Shown here: piece after piece, positions 61,785 to 64,000 of the stretch | How the letters are laid out: every line of letters starts with the position of its first letter | How positions within the stretch are numbered: position 1 is the first letter of the stretch | Assembly: GCA_010909165.1 (NCBI GenBank) | Contig: MU008160.1 | Coordinates: forward strand, 434,001 to 498,000 | Length of the DNA stretch: 64,000 nt | Source of the DNA: Anthoceros angustus | Lineage: Eukaryota; Plantae; Anthocerotophyta | Reading direction: 5' to 3' | Made by a program: the position numbers and the translations under genes | Notes under the pieces: model-generated | Seen by the model: only the letters and a program-made list of their open reading frames with translations | Database searches by the model: none | What the model was told of the DNA's origin: nothing

Positions 61785-64000
61785 ATGAAGGTGGTGGCTC
61801 TGGTAAGCGGAGGCAAGGACAGCTGCTTCGCAATGCAGCAGTGTATCAAATACGGTCACGAGGTACAGGTCTATCTCAGCTATTGTGGGCGGCTTGGGGG
61901 CCCGTAATGCTGTTCTGGTGCTAGATCCATGTGCTCTATGTATGCACGTGGAACGACTTGAGATGCCCAGCTCATAGAGATGTGGTTCTGGCAGATTGTA
62001 GCTCTTGCGAATCTGTTACCTTCGGATGATTCAGTGGATGAGCTGGACAGTTACATGTATCAAACGGTGAGCTGTGAGTTGAGAAGTTGAATTGAGGAAG
62101 CAGAGATCGAGAAAGAGCTGTCTGCAGTAGAATTGATGGACCAGATGTCTATGGCGTTGATTGTAGGTGGGTCATCAAATCGTGGTGGCCTATGCGCAAT
62201 GCATGGGCTTACCTTTGTTTCGAAGGCGTATCACGGGGAAAGCGAGGTGTGTAATTTGTCTTGAAGCTTTGCTTTGGCTCCACAAGATTTGTGGAACTGC
62301 GATTCGTGGAAATGGGGTTCTGGAGGAGAATTGTTTTCTTCATGAGCACGGGCAAGTGATTCTTTCTCCTGCAGAGTTCTAGACTTGAAATACAAAGAGA
62401 CTGAAGGGGATGAAGTTGAAGATTTGGAAATACTTCTGCGCACAGTGAAGGCACATTTTCCCACTATCACTGGGGTCTCGTCTGGTGCCATTGCTTCTGA
62501 TTACCAGAGGCTAAGGGTGGAGAGTGTCTGTTCAAGGTTAGGACTTGTCTCCTTGGCATTTCTGTGGAAACAAGATCAAGCTTTGCTACTTCAGCAAATG
62601 GTGACTCCTTGTCTTTTGTTTGGAACTCTCTTTGTCCTTCACTTCTTTCATATGACCATCAACACGGGCATTTTTTCACTAGGCATCGTAGGATATGTAG
62701 TCGCAAATTTCAGTCTTTGTCAACGTAGCCAGCTATGTTTTTCAGTGTAATGGCTGTGCTTAAACGTTTCTGCTTTGCTGCGCTGGCGATGGACTGCTAA
62801 AAAGATTGAGAGTGGAATTCACGCGATACTGGTGAAGGTTGGATTTCTGGCCTTGCTGTCGGAGCTGATTCTGATGGCTGAGCCTGCCTTTCCTGTGCTC
62901 ATGTCTCTCTGTTCGCTTGTTTTCCAGGTGGCAGCCCTGGGCTTGGAGCCTAAAAAACATCTAGGCAAGGACCTCAAAGAACTGCAGCCACATCTCACTG
63001 ATCTCAGCGAGTATGTTCTGTTTGTTGCAGCTCCATTGTTTGTTTCATCCAGTTGACTAGGAATCAAGCCAGCCTAGATTCTGCCGATGGATTTGGATCA
63101 GTTTTCTTCATGCAGAAAATATGGCTGCAATGTGTGCGGTGAGGGTGGCGAATACGAGAGTCTTACCCTTGACTGTTCTCTTTTCAAGGTATAATTCCAT
63201 CCCCAGGCACGGAGGAAATGCTATGCAAACAACCTACAGTTGTCTTGCTGGATGTTTGAACATGGCAGCAAGCACTGAGGTTTCATTTTGCTGCAGAACG
63301 CAAGAATTGTTCTTGAAGAGTATGAGATAGTTCTCCTCTCTCCGGACAACATTGCACCAGTCGGAATTCTTCATCCCAAGAAGTATCGACTGGAGCAAAA
63401 AGGGAACAAATCCATGCAACTTAAAGATTATGCAAGTATAGAATCTGGGTCCATGACATGGGTTTTGGAAGTGGGTGACAACATCAACAGGCTTTACGTG
63501 GAAGAGGAGGAGGTTGAAGAGGCAGATGGGGCCACAGACGTGGCTTGTGCGGATGGTGCAGACAATGTTGAAGGGGTGTCATATCTCTCGGTCATTAAGC
63601 AGCAACATGGATTTTTCACCGTAAACTGTTGGAGACAACCGGGCAATCAATCCTCTGGTTAGAATCTTCCCCCTTCATGTGGAATGAATCAGCTATATTC
63701 GGCATCAACCAAAACCCAACTGAATAGTTGATTTTGAGCTGCTCCTAGTCCGCGTCATTGCCATTGCCATTGGTCAAGAATCGTCGGTGTTTAGTGTAAG
63801 CTGTATCGTGCAGCTGAATGAAGCTGGAGGTGCTTTTACAGGTGTGGCAGATGAACTGGCGATGGTTTTGAAAGCGATAGAGGAAGAGCTGAAGAAAGAG
63901 GAAATGGGATGGGCTAATGTCCTCTTTGTACATCTATATCTCGACAGCATGCTGCACTTCTCCCAAGCAAACGACGTGTACATGCAGCATATAACAGAGA
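61785..64000 (+). CDS. DPH6: Diphthine--ammonia ligase with C-terminal RidA/YjgF-like region; runs off the window; exons start at 61785, 61995, 62167, 62375, 62805, 62928, 63116, 63297, 63842
   Basis: MKVVALVSGGKDSC, DELDSYMYQTVGHQ, EGDEVEDL, SGAIASDYQRLRVESVCSRLGL, NVCGEGGEYESLTLDC; all introns GT-AG and in phase. Confidence 0.93.

Overview
Land-plant nuclear DNA. Short ~80-130 bp introns, compact GC-rich genes, a class III peroxidase, SABATH genes and PLS-PPR remnants suggest a bryophyte such as a hornwort (inference). The window has three parts. (1) 1-26.6 kb is nested mobile DNA. An ~18 kb tandem array of an Athila/OTA-like Ty3/gypsy LTR element (2.1 kb LTRs, tRNA-Asp-like PBS, PPT) encodes gag-protease-integrase with no RT or RNase H. 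It interrupts the transposase of a two-gene, IS3/retroviral-integrase-like DNA transposon whose second, convergent ORF is unidentified. (2) 27-44 kb holds CDT1 with upstream E2F sites, a 4-exon class III peroxidase, and an AT-rich block with a hierarchical ~311 bp tandem array whose monomer carries a ~100-codon stop-free frame. (3) 44-64 kb holds three tandem SABATH methyltransferases, a PPR remnant, Nup54 lacking its FG N-terminus head-to-head with an mTERF, a plastid FAD synthetase with a duplicated exon that has lost the HIGH motif, and the 5' part of DPH6. Repeats are full of 1-3 bp indels while unique genes are intact. Many frameshifts and some of the microhomology-bounded duplications may therefore be long-read assembly artefacts. 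All protein identifications are by eye from motifs; no database searches were run.
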